Below, one piece after another: positions 11,844-22,979 of a DNA stretch of 64,000 bases; positions within the stretch are counted from its first letter, which is position 1, and every line of letters starts with the position of its first letter. The notes beneath the pieces are model-generated. The model did no database searches. It saw only the letters and a program-made list of their open reading frames with translations, and was not told the origin of the DNA. The DNA is from Antedon mediterranea (lineage: Eukaryota; Animalia; Echinodermata): contig NC_092671.1 in NCBI RefSeq assembly GCF_964355755.1, positions 39,814,304 to 39,878,303 of the forward strand, written 5' to 3'. Made by a program: the position numbers and the translations under genes.

Positions 11844-14229
11844 CAATCATGATCATCAGATTAAAGGTAACTAAATTAATACTGAGAATTCTGAATAATA
11901 AATTGAATTTATAAGATTAAACATTTTAAATTGAAGAGATGCTGATGCTAAGTGAATTCACAGCCAAATGTGTCCTCTTGCGATTTGTGACGTCAGTTGT
12001 CACTTCAAATCATGATCATAGGCTTATTATTAATCATGAAATAAGGACAACTACATTAAAACCAAACATAGGTTGTCTTTGAAGACAGAATTACGGTAAA
12101 TTACTTGACCCATGGATGAAAAATAATTATTTTAAAAAATCACTTACGTGTATACGTATTATATTCATATAATTATATAATGTATTCATATTATCGCTAA
12201 CTGCATTGTTAAACGTTCATTTAAGAATAATTTTTTCTTTATTCTTCTTCATGAGACAACATCTGGTATGTTGATTTATGCTTTCAGAATATATTTTTAT
12301 TTTTTTGTTTAAAGAGTAGGCCTATGTCTATTGTAAGATAATTTGCCTTGTATTTTTTAATAAAAGAATAAATATTGCACAGATTTATTGTAAAGTATGT
12401 TTTTATCTGGAAATCCGCATCTTAAAATAGTTACAATTGACAAACAAACCTATTAGCAGTGTATTTAATTATCTCGCCATCTTAGGCCTCGGGTAAATAG
12501 ACAAGTAAAACACAGTAAAACAGAAACATGTATTTCCTGCTATCCCATTTCAGTTTTATACCTTCTTGTTTGCCATAAGTACGTATTGTTTTCGTCGTTT
12601 AGATTTAAATGAGACGCGATATAAGTATCAGTTTCTAGTTTTAGTTTATAAAAAGCTATTTTGAGATTCTTTTATCTATATTCAAAATAAAATCAGTGTC
12701 CAAAATTCGTATTACCACCACAACACAATGGGCTCTTTACTTATAACATCAACTTGTTTAAGTTTGATTTATGAACTTGTATGGAAAAGTTTGAATGAGA
12801 AACGTACTAATAAAAACAAATTGTTATTCAGCCCTAGCTGCTATGACGTATATTGTTTTTGAGTTTAACATAAATCTCAGGAGCAAGTATTTGGGCGTTA
12901 AGACTGTTAGGACAAAGTACTTAAGAAGCTATGATGACGAGATACTGGGCCATTAGAAGAAGAATAAGAGTGTTAGGACTCTGAAGCTATGATGACGAGA
13001 TACTGGGCCATTAAGAAGAATAAGAGTGTTAGGACTCAGAAGCTATTGATAAAAGACACGGCTGAGGTACTGGGCTATTAGAATAATATCAAAGAGTGTT
13101 GGGCCTCAGAAGCTATTGATGAAAAACACGGCTGAGGTAGGCTACTGGACTTGGCTATTAGACGAATATATTAGGAGTCTTAAGCCTCAGAAGCTAAATA
13201 CCAAAAAGGTACTGGACAAATACTAGGTACGTCTGGACCATTAGACATATTAATATGCTATTGAAATTATATAAGTGGGACAATCCAAAAAAGATAAAAC
13301 ACTTTATGTTAGGACTGACGTTGCCTATTTTTAAATAAGTAACGTTACAAATTACATTGATTATGTTTTATATTATAGGCTTATCGTATAGGAGAGCATG
13401 AAAAGAAACTAAATGTACGCCTACTATTAGTAAAATATATCGCTTATGATTGATTGCTGTTAGTGTTTGCGATTTCATCTCCTATGGGCGGCCTAAAAGG
13501 TAGTTGATACAAAGTAAACACCGATACATTGAACGTGATCACAATGTATATGCCTCTCTCTAAATGTATGCACATGCACAACCGACTGTAGCACCGAATG
13601 AATGCAAAGATACTGCTGATTAACAAGAGGTCGTTTGTTGTTACAAATTTTCTACAAAAAATCACGATTATACATTAGGGCCTATATATAATTATAGCGA
13701 TTAAATTGGATGAAACAAAAGACATTGTAGAGTGTGTATGGAACGTACAGAAAACAGCGAATTTAAAACGAATCTGAAATTAACCTATTCAAAATATTGT
13801 TTCTTGGCTCATTAAAATATTTACCGTTCAAAAGAAACTTTAGTGAGATCCAACTTACCCACTATACTGTGTTGTGAGAGCATGCGCATTGGGTCCAAAT
13901 ATCATTAGTAGCTTCTTATACTTGGCTCCGTAATTTATACACATAATATATTCTGATAATATTGTTTCTTCTGTAAATGTACAGGATACGCAAAGTTTCT
14001 TGAGTTAACAAACAACGGTAAGTAAAACAAATACGTCCTGCTTGTTCGACGGTCGGTCGTTGAGAGAGAGAGAGACAAAGAAAAAAAGGTTTGCATGCCG
14101 TTCGTTACACCTGCTAATACATGCAAATTGCCTCTACAAAACATATTCAACAATGTCACTGTGTTTGAACCTTCTGATACAGTTTGGCTTAATGAACAAT
14201 GCAATACAACATTAAATTACCTGATATAG

Positions 14230-14386
14230 TACAGTTTGGCTTAACAGTGGCATAAAAAATGAAATGACATCATACGATACAGTTTGGCTTAATTAACAGT
14301 GGCATAAAAATGAAATGACATCATACGATACAGTTTGGCTTAATTAACAGTGGCATAAAAATGAAATGACATCATACGATACAGTT
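14230..14386. repeat. ~51-bp tandem repeat, about 3 units
   Basis: Unit TACAGTTTGGCTTAATTAACAGTGGCATAAAAATGAAATGACATCATACGA. Confidence 0.88.
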
Positions 14387-14744
14387 TTCGGGGAATTTAA
14401 CGTCAATAAAATATTATTCTAGTTTTAATTGAACAAGTTCGTGTAGTTGTTACTGGTACTCGCACATAGAGACGACAGAGGGCGCAATAATAAACTTCTA
14501 TAACTTCTTAGTTGGCGCATAAACAAAATCTCTGTAATTTGTCTAAAAAATAGGCTTGCATGAACACCACGAGAAATAAGCAAACTGCATTAGAATTTTA
14601 AATCGTTTAAAATAGTTATAAAAAGTAGACTCACAAATAAATGTAGAGAACGTCTTCTGAAAGAAATAACTACATCTACCACAACATATTATTACAGTGG
14701 CCTTCGTCAGCGTCGTCGAATTTGTGGTCATCGTCATTTTGATT

Positions 14745-15426
14745 AAATATACATGCGCATATATAGCAATATTATCGCATACTAAATGAATTTGAAAAGT
14801 TGATATTTTGGCCATTTTTTGAAAAAATCCCTGAACTATAGTACAGGGATTTTTTCCAAAAATTGCCAAATTTCGACCTTTTCTTTTTTCGACATAACTG
14901 GGTACAAACACTCTATAAGATGATGATAACGCAATATATGCGCATATATTGCAATATTATCACATGATAATTGAATTTTAAAAAGTGGATATTTTGGCAA
15001 TTTTGGGGGAAAAATCCCTGAACTATAGTATAGGGATTTTTTCGGAAAATGACCAAATTTCGACCTTTTTCTTTTTCGACATAACTGGGTACAAACACTC
15101 TATAAGATTATGATAACGCAATACATGCTCATATATAGCAGTATTACCGCATAATTATCAAATTTGAATAAGTGGATATTTTGGCAATTTTTTGAAAAAA
15201 TTGACCAAATTTTGACCTTTTTCTTTTTCGACATAAGTGATTACAAACACTCTATAAGATGATGATAACGTAATATATGCATATATATAGTAATATTATT
15301 GCTTAATTATCGAATTTGAAGAAGTGGATATTTTGGTCATTTTTTGAAAACTGTACAGGGATATTTACAAAAATGATCAAAATATCCACTATTTAAAATT
15401 CAATTATTATGCGATAATATTGCTAT
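14745..15426. repeat. ~150-190 bp tandem repeat (3-4 units) ending in an inverted partial unit
   Basis: TTTTTCGACATAA..TACAAACACTCTATAAGA recurs three times; about 15370-15426 is the reverse complement of the unit interior. Confidence 0.85.
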
Positions 15427-15996
15427 CATGTAATACAACAAACCAGTAATGATATTAAAATATCAAATTCTATACAAATTAAACAAACATCAACAATGTG
15501 TTTTTAAACCTTATTTTACAAGATATCATTCATAACTATCTACAACATACAAACAGATAAAATACTAAATAATATACATAATTTACAACTTAATTGAATT
15601 AAATAAATTAGTAGAAATGATAACAGGTTAACAATCAAATTCAAATTCTCCCAACTTTCACCATAAAAGTATTTTTTAAACTGTTATAGCACCCTCTATA
15701 GTTTGGAAAGGAATTCATTAAACCTCCAGATATTCATTTTTTCAAGTTGGGAGGTCTGACTTTTTGAAGACAAATACATTTATAATTAATAAATATTATT
15801 CATATTAATAATTATTCCATGATCTATAATATACATCTCAAATTCTTTCCTCAATTAAATACATATTTTAAAAACATACATTGAATATAAAAATGTAATA
15901 CATAATCGTATATTTAACCATAAATGTTAATTACATTAATGATTGATGGCATTCAGTAAAAGCACTGTTCCAGGGAAGATTTCAATATCTCACACA

Positions 15997-16014
15997 TCAA
16001 CTAGATACTTGCCA
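15997..16014 (-). CDS. SVIP: SVIP terminal coding exon (WQVSS*)
   Basis: TTTTATTTTTCAG|TGG CAA GTA TCT AGT TGA completes GLKWQVSS*, matching the SVIP C-terminus GL(R/K)WxVS. Total 82 aa. Confidence 0.85.
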   Translation of the reverse strand, partial: WQVSS

Positions 16015-16124
16015 CTGAAAAATAAAATGTTGATAATCTGTGTAATGGATTTAATGTGTACTACTGTACTAGGTTTGTTGTTGTTTGAATGAATGAATGC
16101 CCTGCTTGCACAGCATTTATTGTT

Positions 16125-17470
16125 AAATAGTAGTGTACTGGGTTAAATAGTATGTGTACCTGGGTTAAATAGTATGTGTACCTGGGTTTAATAGTATGTG
16201 TACCTGGGTTAAATAGTATGTGTACCTGGGTTTAATAGTATGTGTACCTGGGTTAAATAGTATGTGTACCTGGGTTTAATAGTATGTGTACCTGGGTTAA
16301 ATAGTATGTGTACCTGGGTTTAATAGTATGTGTACCTGGGTTTAATAGTATGTGTAGCTGGGTTAAATAGTATGTGTACCTGGGTTTAATAGTATGTGTA
16401 CCTGGGTTTAATAGTATGTGTACCTGGGTTAAATAGTATGTGCACTGGGTTAAATAGTATGTGTACCTGGGTTAAATAGTATGTGTACCTGGGTTAAATA
16501 GTATGTGTACCTGGGTTTAATAGTATGTGTACCTGGGTTTAATAGTATGTGTACCTGGGTTTAATAGTATGTGTACCTGGGTTTAATAGTATGTGTACTG
16601 GGTTAAATAGTATGTGTACTGGGTTAAATAGTATGTGTACCTGGGTTTAATAGTATGTGCACCTGGGTTAAATAGTATGTGTACCTGGGTTTAATAGTAT
16701 GTGTACCTGGGTTTAATAGTATGTGTACCTGGGTTAAATAGTATGTGTACTGGGTTAAATAGTATGTGTACCTGGGTTTAATAGTATGTGTACCTGGGTT
16801 TAATAGTATGTGTACCTGGGTTAAATAGTATGTGTACCTGGGTTTAATAGTATGTGTACCTGGGTTTAATAGTATGTGTACTGGGTTAAATAGTATGTGT
16901 ACCTGGGTTTAATAGTATGTGTACCTGGGTTTAATAGTATGTGTACTTGGGTTAAATAGTATGTGTACCTGGGTTTAATAGTATGTGTACCTGGGTTTAA
17001 TAGTATGTGTACTGGGTTTAATAGTATGTGTACTTGGGTTAAATAGTATGTGTACCTGGGTTAAATAGTATGTGTACCTGGGTTAAATAGTACTGTATGT
17101 GTACCTGGGTTTAATAGTATGTGTACATGGGTTTAATAGTATGTGTACTGGGTTAAATAGTACTGTATGTGTACCTGGGTTTAATAGTATGTGTACCTGG
17201 GTTAAATAGTATGTGTACTGGGTTAAATAGTATGTGCACTGGGTTAAATAGTATGTGTACCTGGGTTTAATAGTATGTGTACTGGGTTAAATAGTATGTG
17301 TACATGGGTTTAATAGTATGTGTACTGGGTTAAATAGTACTGTATGTGTACCTGGGTTTAATAGTATGTGTACCTGGGTTAAATAGTATGTGTACTGGGT
17401 TTAATAGTATGTGTACTGGGTTAAATAGTATGTGTACCTGGGTTTAATAGTATGTGTACTGGAGTTAAAT
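16125..17470. repeat. 21-22 bp minisatellite, about 60 units, in the last SVIP intron
   Basis: Unit CTGGGTTWAATAGTATGTGTAC with single-base variants. Confidence 0.97.
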
Positions 17471-17500
17471 AATACTTTTACGGTGTTTAATAGTACCTAA

Positions 17501-19925
17501 GGGCGTGTGGCGCAGTGCGTTGGACGTTGGACTACCGATCGTCAGACCTAGGTTCGAATCCAACTCTCGCCGCATTGCTTGTATCCGTAGGCAAGATACT
17601 TTACTTACGTTGCCTCTCTCCACCCAGGTGTATAAATGGCACATTCAATTCACCAGGGAAAAAAAGTAGTGAGCCCTCTATCGGCAGCGAATCGTTTTTG
17701 CACACGAGACAGCGTGAACAATTACCCGGAAGCAACTTTGTTTTTAAAAATAAATATTAAGTTTTTGCAAACTGGCCAATTGGAACTTTTGGTTTTATTT
17801 ACTAATGAATAATTCATGAAAACCTTTGACACAGCATCTACGAACCACGTGATATTGTTTTTTTATCGACAAAGCCATTATATCTGTGTCAAACAAGGGT
17901 GAATTACACCGATGTTTTTTAAACAATTTTAGGGTATTCGAATGTTAAAATTTCGTCTAATTTGTTGAGGCTGTAATAAAACAACCTAATTTTTTGAGAA
18001 GGTGGGATTTATATTTTCTGGATATTTAATTTTTCAATAGTAGTTAATAAAAAAATCTCGTTGGTGTTATTTTTTTTTTTTTTTTAATGGCTGCTTAAAC
18101 ATGTGCCTTTTTGGTTATTTTACTGCTGAAAATGGAACACATGGTTGTAGCTAAAATCATTTTTTTACACCATAAGATTAAAAATGTTGCTTTTTAAAAT
18201 AATAAGAACATTATATAATAGATAGGGAAGTTGTTTTTAATCATAAAACTTTACAAAGCCTCTTTTATTTTATTTAAAAATCAATATAGTCTAGGCCTAG
18301 TTTACAGGTAAGAGAGCTAGGCTTTAGCCTGTTATTATAGTGGAGTGATGCGTGTATTGTTGGCGCGTGTTCATTGTCAGGCGCGCGTATTTATAGGCCT
18401 AGGCCTAAGGAAATAAAAATAAATGATTACAAATATAACTAAATAATGATTATTATTAATTTAATCTTGTTTTTTTTTTACAGATCACAGAGGGATGTTC
18501 TTAAGCTGTCTGCATACTTCAATACAATAGAAATAGCATTAATCAACAACAATTTCTCATTAATTTACCGGCATATGTGAAACAACACATACAGTAATTT
18601 TATGGATATCTACAGATTTTTATTGCCAAAGGACATTTAATTTTTAAAAACTTGATATTTTCCTAATTTACTTATTTAAAGGTTCAAGCGGAGGTTGGTT
18701 GTTGTGCGGTAATTCTTATAAAGTTTAAATGTGATTTCCAAATCGGCAATAAATAATCATTATAAATATAAATAGAAAAAGGCCTAGTACAAAAGATGTT
18801 AATTTGATGAACAAAACTTGTTGTTTAATTTGTGATAATATTAAAGGTTTTATGTTAAATGGTGTGTATTTCATTTATTGCTCCATTATTATAATAAAAA
18901 GAAGGGAATCGTGAAATTTCATTAATTATTTAGCCACAAGAATGTATTGATTTTATAGTATTTTACCAATTTTTCTGACTTGCAGACAGTCCCCCCACCC
19001 ACTTCTTAATAATTTTAAGAAAAATGAAAGTTCAACACTTTATTTCAAAATGTATAAGCCCTTTGTCCTCATATTTTAAGATTACGAATCAGCCACTTAA
19101 CAAGAATAACAATCGAGAAGCCAATGATGAAGCGCATCTTTCCTCATTCTCTTCGCCTAAGAAAACGATTATTCCAGCCCTGCCGCGTCTCCCTAGGCCT
19201 ACGCGCACCGTGCTTTCGCTTAAAACAGACCTATATTCAACTCCTTATAGAATTTGTTTGAAAAATAACACCAAGCTTATTTTTGGAAATCTTAGAAAAT
19301 ACATATAAGACTATATTATACCGTTTTCAGAATTTCATTTAAAAATTCCAAATTAATGTTAACTATTTTAACAAACTAGTTAGTTTTCACTTTCTTGTTT
19401 TCGTCGTATGACTCGCTTTGTTTACGCTTACACTTGGCTTAGACGTTTATCTTAGAATTCGAATAAATGAATCCATAATCAACAAAAATTGGTACTGTTG
19501 TGGTTTTTGTTTAATATAAATATTTCTAATACACAGAAATCAATTAAACAGCAATATAATTTAATATAAACGAGTTAAAAAGGAAATTTAGACAGCCTAT
19601 AAAATACGGAAGACAGAACTCGCGTCGCTCGAAATGTTCGGTAACTTTCTATTTATAGCCTATCGAAAAAGGCTCTGGCTAACTTTTAAATTAAAAAGGC
19701 TCTCGGAACACTTAATTTCCCATTATCACTATTTGACGTGGATGTGATGGGTACCCAGTTAGATCTAGACACAACTTTGCGCTGGTTACCGGCTGCATTA
19801 TGGGAGTATGTTTCCATACGTGTTTGATCCCAAAGCAAATACTGGGGTAATAATGATTGTAAAGTGCCTTTGAGCATGATTACTCATGAAAAGGGCGCTA
19901 TATAAATGTGGTATTATTATTATTA
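17501..19925 (+). mobile_element. tRNA-derived SINE with L2-like tail, split by a DNA transposon (pieces 17501-17639 and 19751-19925)
   Basis: A-box-like TGGCGCAGTGCG and B box GGTTCGAATCC (17551-17561). The core CTCTCCACCCAGGTGTATAAATGG|GTACC rejoins across the insert. The tail TGTAAAGTGCCTTTGAG...GCGCTATATAAAT ends in (TTA)n. Confidence 0.85.
17640..19746. mobile_element. Non-autonomous CAC...GTG DNA transposon, 4-bp TSD (Chapaev/CMC-like)
   Basis: Termini CACATTCA / TGGATGTG; ATGG duplicated at 17636-17639 and 19747-19750; precisely interrupts the SINE; no transposase ORF. Confidence 0.8.
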
Positions 19926-20200
19926 CCTGTTTTAGTACTTGTACAGGGTTTAATAGTACCTGTTTTAGTACTTGTACAGGGTTTAATAGTACCTGTACTG
20001 GGGTTTTTTTTCTGCATAAATGAAATATATATATAAATATATATATATATTATAAAGCATTTTAATAATCAACCTGTGAAAGAAATATGTATGAAAGATT
20101 GAATGAATAAATAAAGGTGGTGGTTAACCACAAAAGAGAAGAAAAAAATCAACCTTTTGAATGATCGCTTACTCCAACTGAGGGATGCAAGCATACTCAC

Positions 20201-20320
20201 TTTCAGTCCTTCTGCCTGCTGACCACTTGCCTCTACTTCAGCAGCCTTTTTCTCTGCTTCTTCCATTTTTTGTCTTTTTCGTTTAACACCTTCTGGGTCT
20301 TTTAACCCTCTACCTTCAGC
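20201..20320 (-). CDS. SVIP: SVIP exon 3
   Basis: TTTTTAG| acceptor; reads AEGRGLKDPEGVKRKRQKMEEAEKKAAEVEASGQQAEGLK; |GTGAGT donor at phase 0. Confidence 0.9.
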
Positions 20321-20481
20321 CTAAAAAAATGTTTTCAAATTAATAAATGATTCAGAACTGAAGACTAGATTTTCAGAAAAATAAGAAATGCTAACGGTTA
20401 TTATTATTCTAGCGTTCCATCCAGGCTGTTTATTCAGTATACCTCCCTCCACCTGGTTTAATGCATCTTTCTAATTCTTAC

Positions 20482-20532
20482 CTCTTTTGCTCTTTTCTCT
20501 GCTGCCTCAGCTTGCTGTCGTCTTTGTGCTTC
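20482..20532 (-). CDS. SVIP: SVIP exon 2 (VCP-interacting motif)
   Basis: TTATGTAG| acceptor and |GTAAG donor; reads EAQRRQQAEAAEKRAKE, which contains the VIM consensus R-x5-AA-x2-R. Confidence 0.92.
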
Positions 20533-20830
20533 CTACATAAAAGTGAATTAAAAATATTTAATTACAATTGATGAAAAACTTCCTAAGATAGACCTACATA
20601 TTAATACTACTGCTACTGCAGCAAGTAATGTCTCTAATCTATTTTCTGCTAGGCCTAGCCTAGCTTCCAGTAGCTGACAAAGACCAGGCTTGGTGACCAC
20701 CCGCGCCGCACACACGACTCGAGAAGGACTCGAACAGAGGGCCTAGCTAGACCTAGTCCTAGTCTACTACATTAACTACCTCCCTAAAAACGGCTAATGG
20801 TGGCCTATACTACATATATACAATACATAC

Positions 20831-20890
20831 CACATCAGGCTGTTCACCATCGTCATTTGCACCAAAAAGACAAGAATCACACACACCCAT
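20831..20890 (-). CDS. SVIP: Small VCP/p97-interacting protein, exon 1
   Basis: Reads MGVCDSCLFGANDDGEQPDV then |GTATGT donor. The MGxCxxC myristoylation/palmitoylation N-terminus resembles SVIP. Confidence 0.9.
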
Positions 20891-21666
20891 CTTATGTTTT
20901 TAAAATTCACTTTTTTCAATTTTTATTTTTGTTTGTTTGTTGTGGAGGAACCTACTGTATGGAAGGCAATTGCCGCAAAAAAATATAGGATAACATAGAA
21001 CCAGAGTGCTAGACAGGCAAACTATGGATGGCATTTTGTATACGAGAGAGAATGAGCATTTTTATTTTATTTGATTCACTATCACAGTATAAATGTAAAC
21101 TAACATAAACGCCTATTTTATTCTTCACCATACAAACTTATATGCAATCATTTTTCTCATATATTTCGACGTCTATATAGCCTACTCACCATTGTACCTT
21201 TTCTGAACCCTGCCGCCAGTGAAATCTTTATCACAGTTCGATCAACTTTAATCAATAAAATTAATAGATAACAAAGTTATTGTCAATCAAAGAAACGGCT
21301 GCCAGGCTTTGATCTGACATAAACCCAAAAAGTTCAAATATTAAGCCTGTAACACTCAGCTTCCTGTTGTTTGGTATCCGAATGAACCAAGTTACATAGT
21401 TCATAACAGGTCTTGATTCATAGTTTTATTTCCTGAATTATTACTAAACTTGGTGACAGATGAATAAAACGAATAACAAACAACCCAAAAAAACAATGCC
21501 ATATCACGTCCCTTGATGTTGCCAGGATGAGTTCTCAAACTGCCCCCAGTGATCACCTCGATGCAAAATAACGGGTGAGTCACATTTTGTGGACAACTCA
21601 TCTTTCTATCAATATTTAAGTCATATGTGAAAGACAATAAGAACATCTTCACTAGCCCTGGGAATT

Positions 21667-22026
21667 CACACATCGTGTCTTGACACTGGCTAGGTCTAAT
21701 AGATCATCAGTACACAGTGTCACACATCGTGTCTTGACACTGGCTAGGTCTAATAGATCAGTACACAGTGTCACACATCGTGTTTTGATACTGGCTAGGT
21801 CTAATAGATCAGTACACAGTGTCACACATCGGGTTTTGACACTGGCTATGTCTAATAGATCAGTACACAGTGTCACACATCGTGTTTTGATACTGGCTAG
21901 GTCTAATAGATCAGTACACAGTGTCACACATCGTGTTTTGACACTGGCTAGGTCTAATAGATCAGTACACAGTGTCACACATCGTGTTTTGACACTGGCT
22001 AGGTCTAATAGATCAGTACACAGTGT
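21667..22026. repeat. 51-bp minisatellite, 7 units, upstream of SVIP
   Basis: Unit CACACATCGTGTTTTGACACTGGCTAGGTCTAATAGATCAGTACACAGTGT; it produces spurious repetitive ORFs on both strands. Confidence 0.95.
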
Positions 22027-22138
22027 TAAATAGTCCTCAGTAAGGCAACACTTGATCAATGTATTTTTCAAGTGTCTATTATTATTATTATTTAACAGTT
22101 TTTGGAGTTAAGTGAAGAAACCCAAATTATTCTTCTTA

Positions 22139-22298
22139 AGCTCTATCTACACTATCATAACATTATGTGACAAAAAAGTGTGATGTGCCCAAATATGGTA
22201 GTGATGTGCTTAAATATGGTAGAGATATGACATCATCATGTCCATATATGAGCACATCATATTTTTTGTATATCATACAATTTGATAGTGTAGACAGA
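22139..22298. mobile_element. MITE family A copy
   Basis: AGCTCTATCTACACTATCA ... TTTGATAGTGTAGACAGA with the family interior. Confidence 0.8.
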
Positions 22299-22819
22299 CA
22301 GACAGTAGTGTAGAGTTTTACGATAAGAAATAAATACCGCGCTTGCGTAGGAGGCCTACTTATTTAAAGAAGCCAATACATTTATAAATAATTTGGCAAG
22401 ATTTTCTTCTTGTTTTTGCCAAGAACTTTGGCTCACGTCATATAATGTATACCCTTGGTTATGTAAATTGAGCAGTAGTATTTTAAGATATCATCACTAT
22501 GTTTTATTGTCACGTATGATATTGACTCATCCCTTCTCTGCTGTCGTTATTGGGCTAAGAGTTCACTTATTTATGCTATTTAAAAATTAATACTATAGTG
22601 TGATGTCAATGACCAAATATGACTGTTTCTATTGGCATCATATTGTTTGATGCTGTAAAGGACAATAACGCCTTCTGACATACTTTATCCAAAACATTTT
22701 ATTCTGAATTTACAGTCGTGAAATAAACATTTTATCGGAATGTATCCAATCAATGTAACGATCGAATAATAATCGGATGATAGCATGATTGTTCCTTATT
22801 CTTTTCATATACAGTATTA

Positions 22820-22979
22820 AGCTCTGTCTACACTATCAAACTTTATGTGACAAACAAATTTGATGTGCCCATATACAGACATGATGATGTCATATCACTA
22901 CCATATTTGAGCATGTCACTACCATATTTGGGGACACTTTTTCTTGTCGAACTAATTTTGATAGTGTACAGACAGAGCT
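22820..22979. mobile_element. MITE family A copy
   Basis: Both TIRs present, TTA TSD at 22817-22819 and 22980-22982. Confidence 0.85.

Noticed and set aside
14476-14485. CTCF-like CAGAGGGCGC motifs at gene boundaries (also 25058)
   Set aside because: Only the core half matches and the same word occurs inside the RERG CDS, so it cannot be supported without data.
16125-17470. CRISPR array or telomere-like repeat
   Set aside because: Head-to-tail units without spacers, in a eukaryotic intron with no cas genes; not TTAGGG.
17501-17575. Possible tRNA gene
   Set aside because: It has A/B boxes but no convincing cloverleaf or poly-T terminator, and runs directly into a SINE core and L2-like tail.
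20069-20200. Read-through extension of SVIP exon 3 as the true C-terminus
   Set aside because: A consensus GTGAGT donor at 20200 and the conserved WQVSS exon at 16014 explain the gene better.
21667-22026. CRISPR-like or RSS array (CACAGTG in every unit) and repetitive ORFs
   Set aside because: Units are contiguous with no unique spacers, there is no nonamer at 12 or 23 nt, and the ORFs arise only because the unit length is a multiple of 3.
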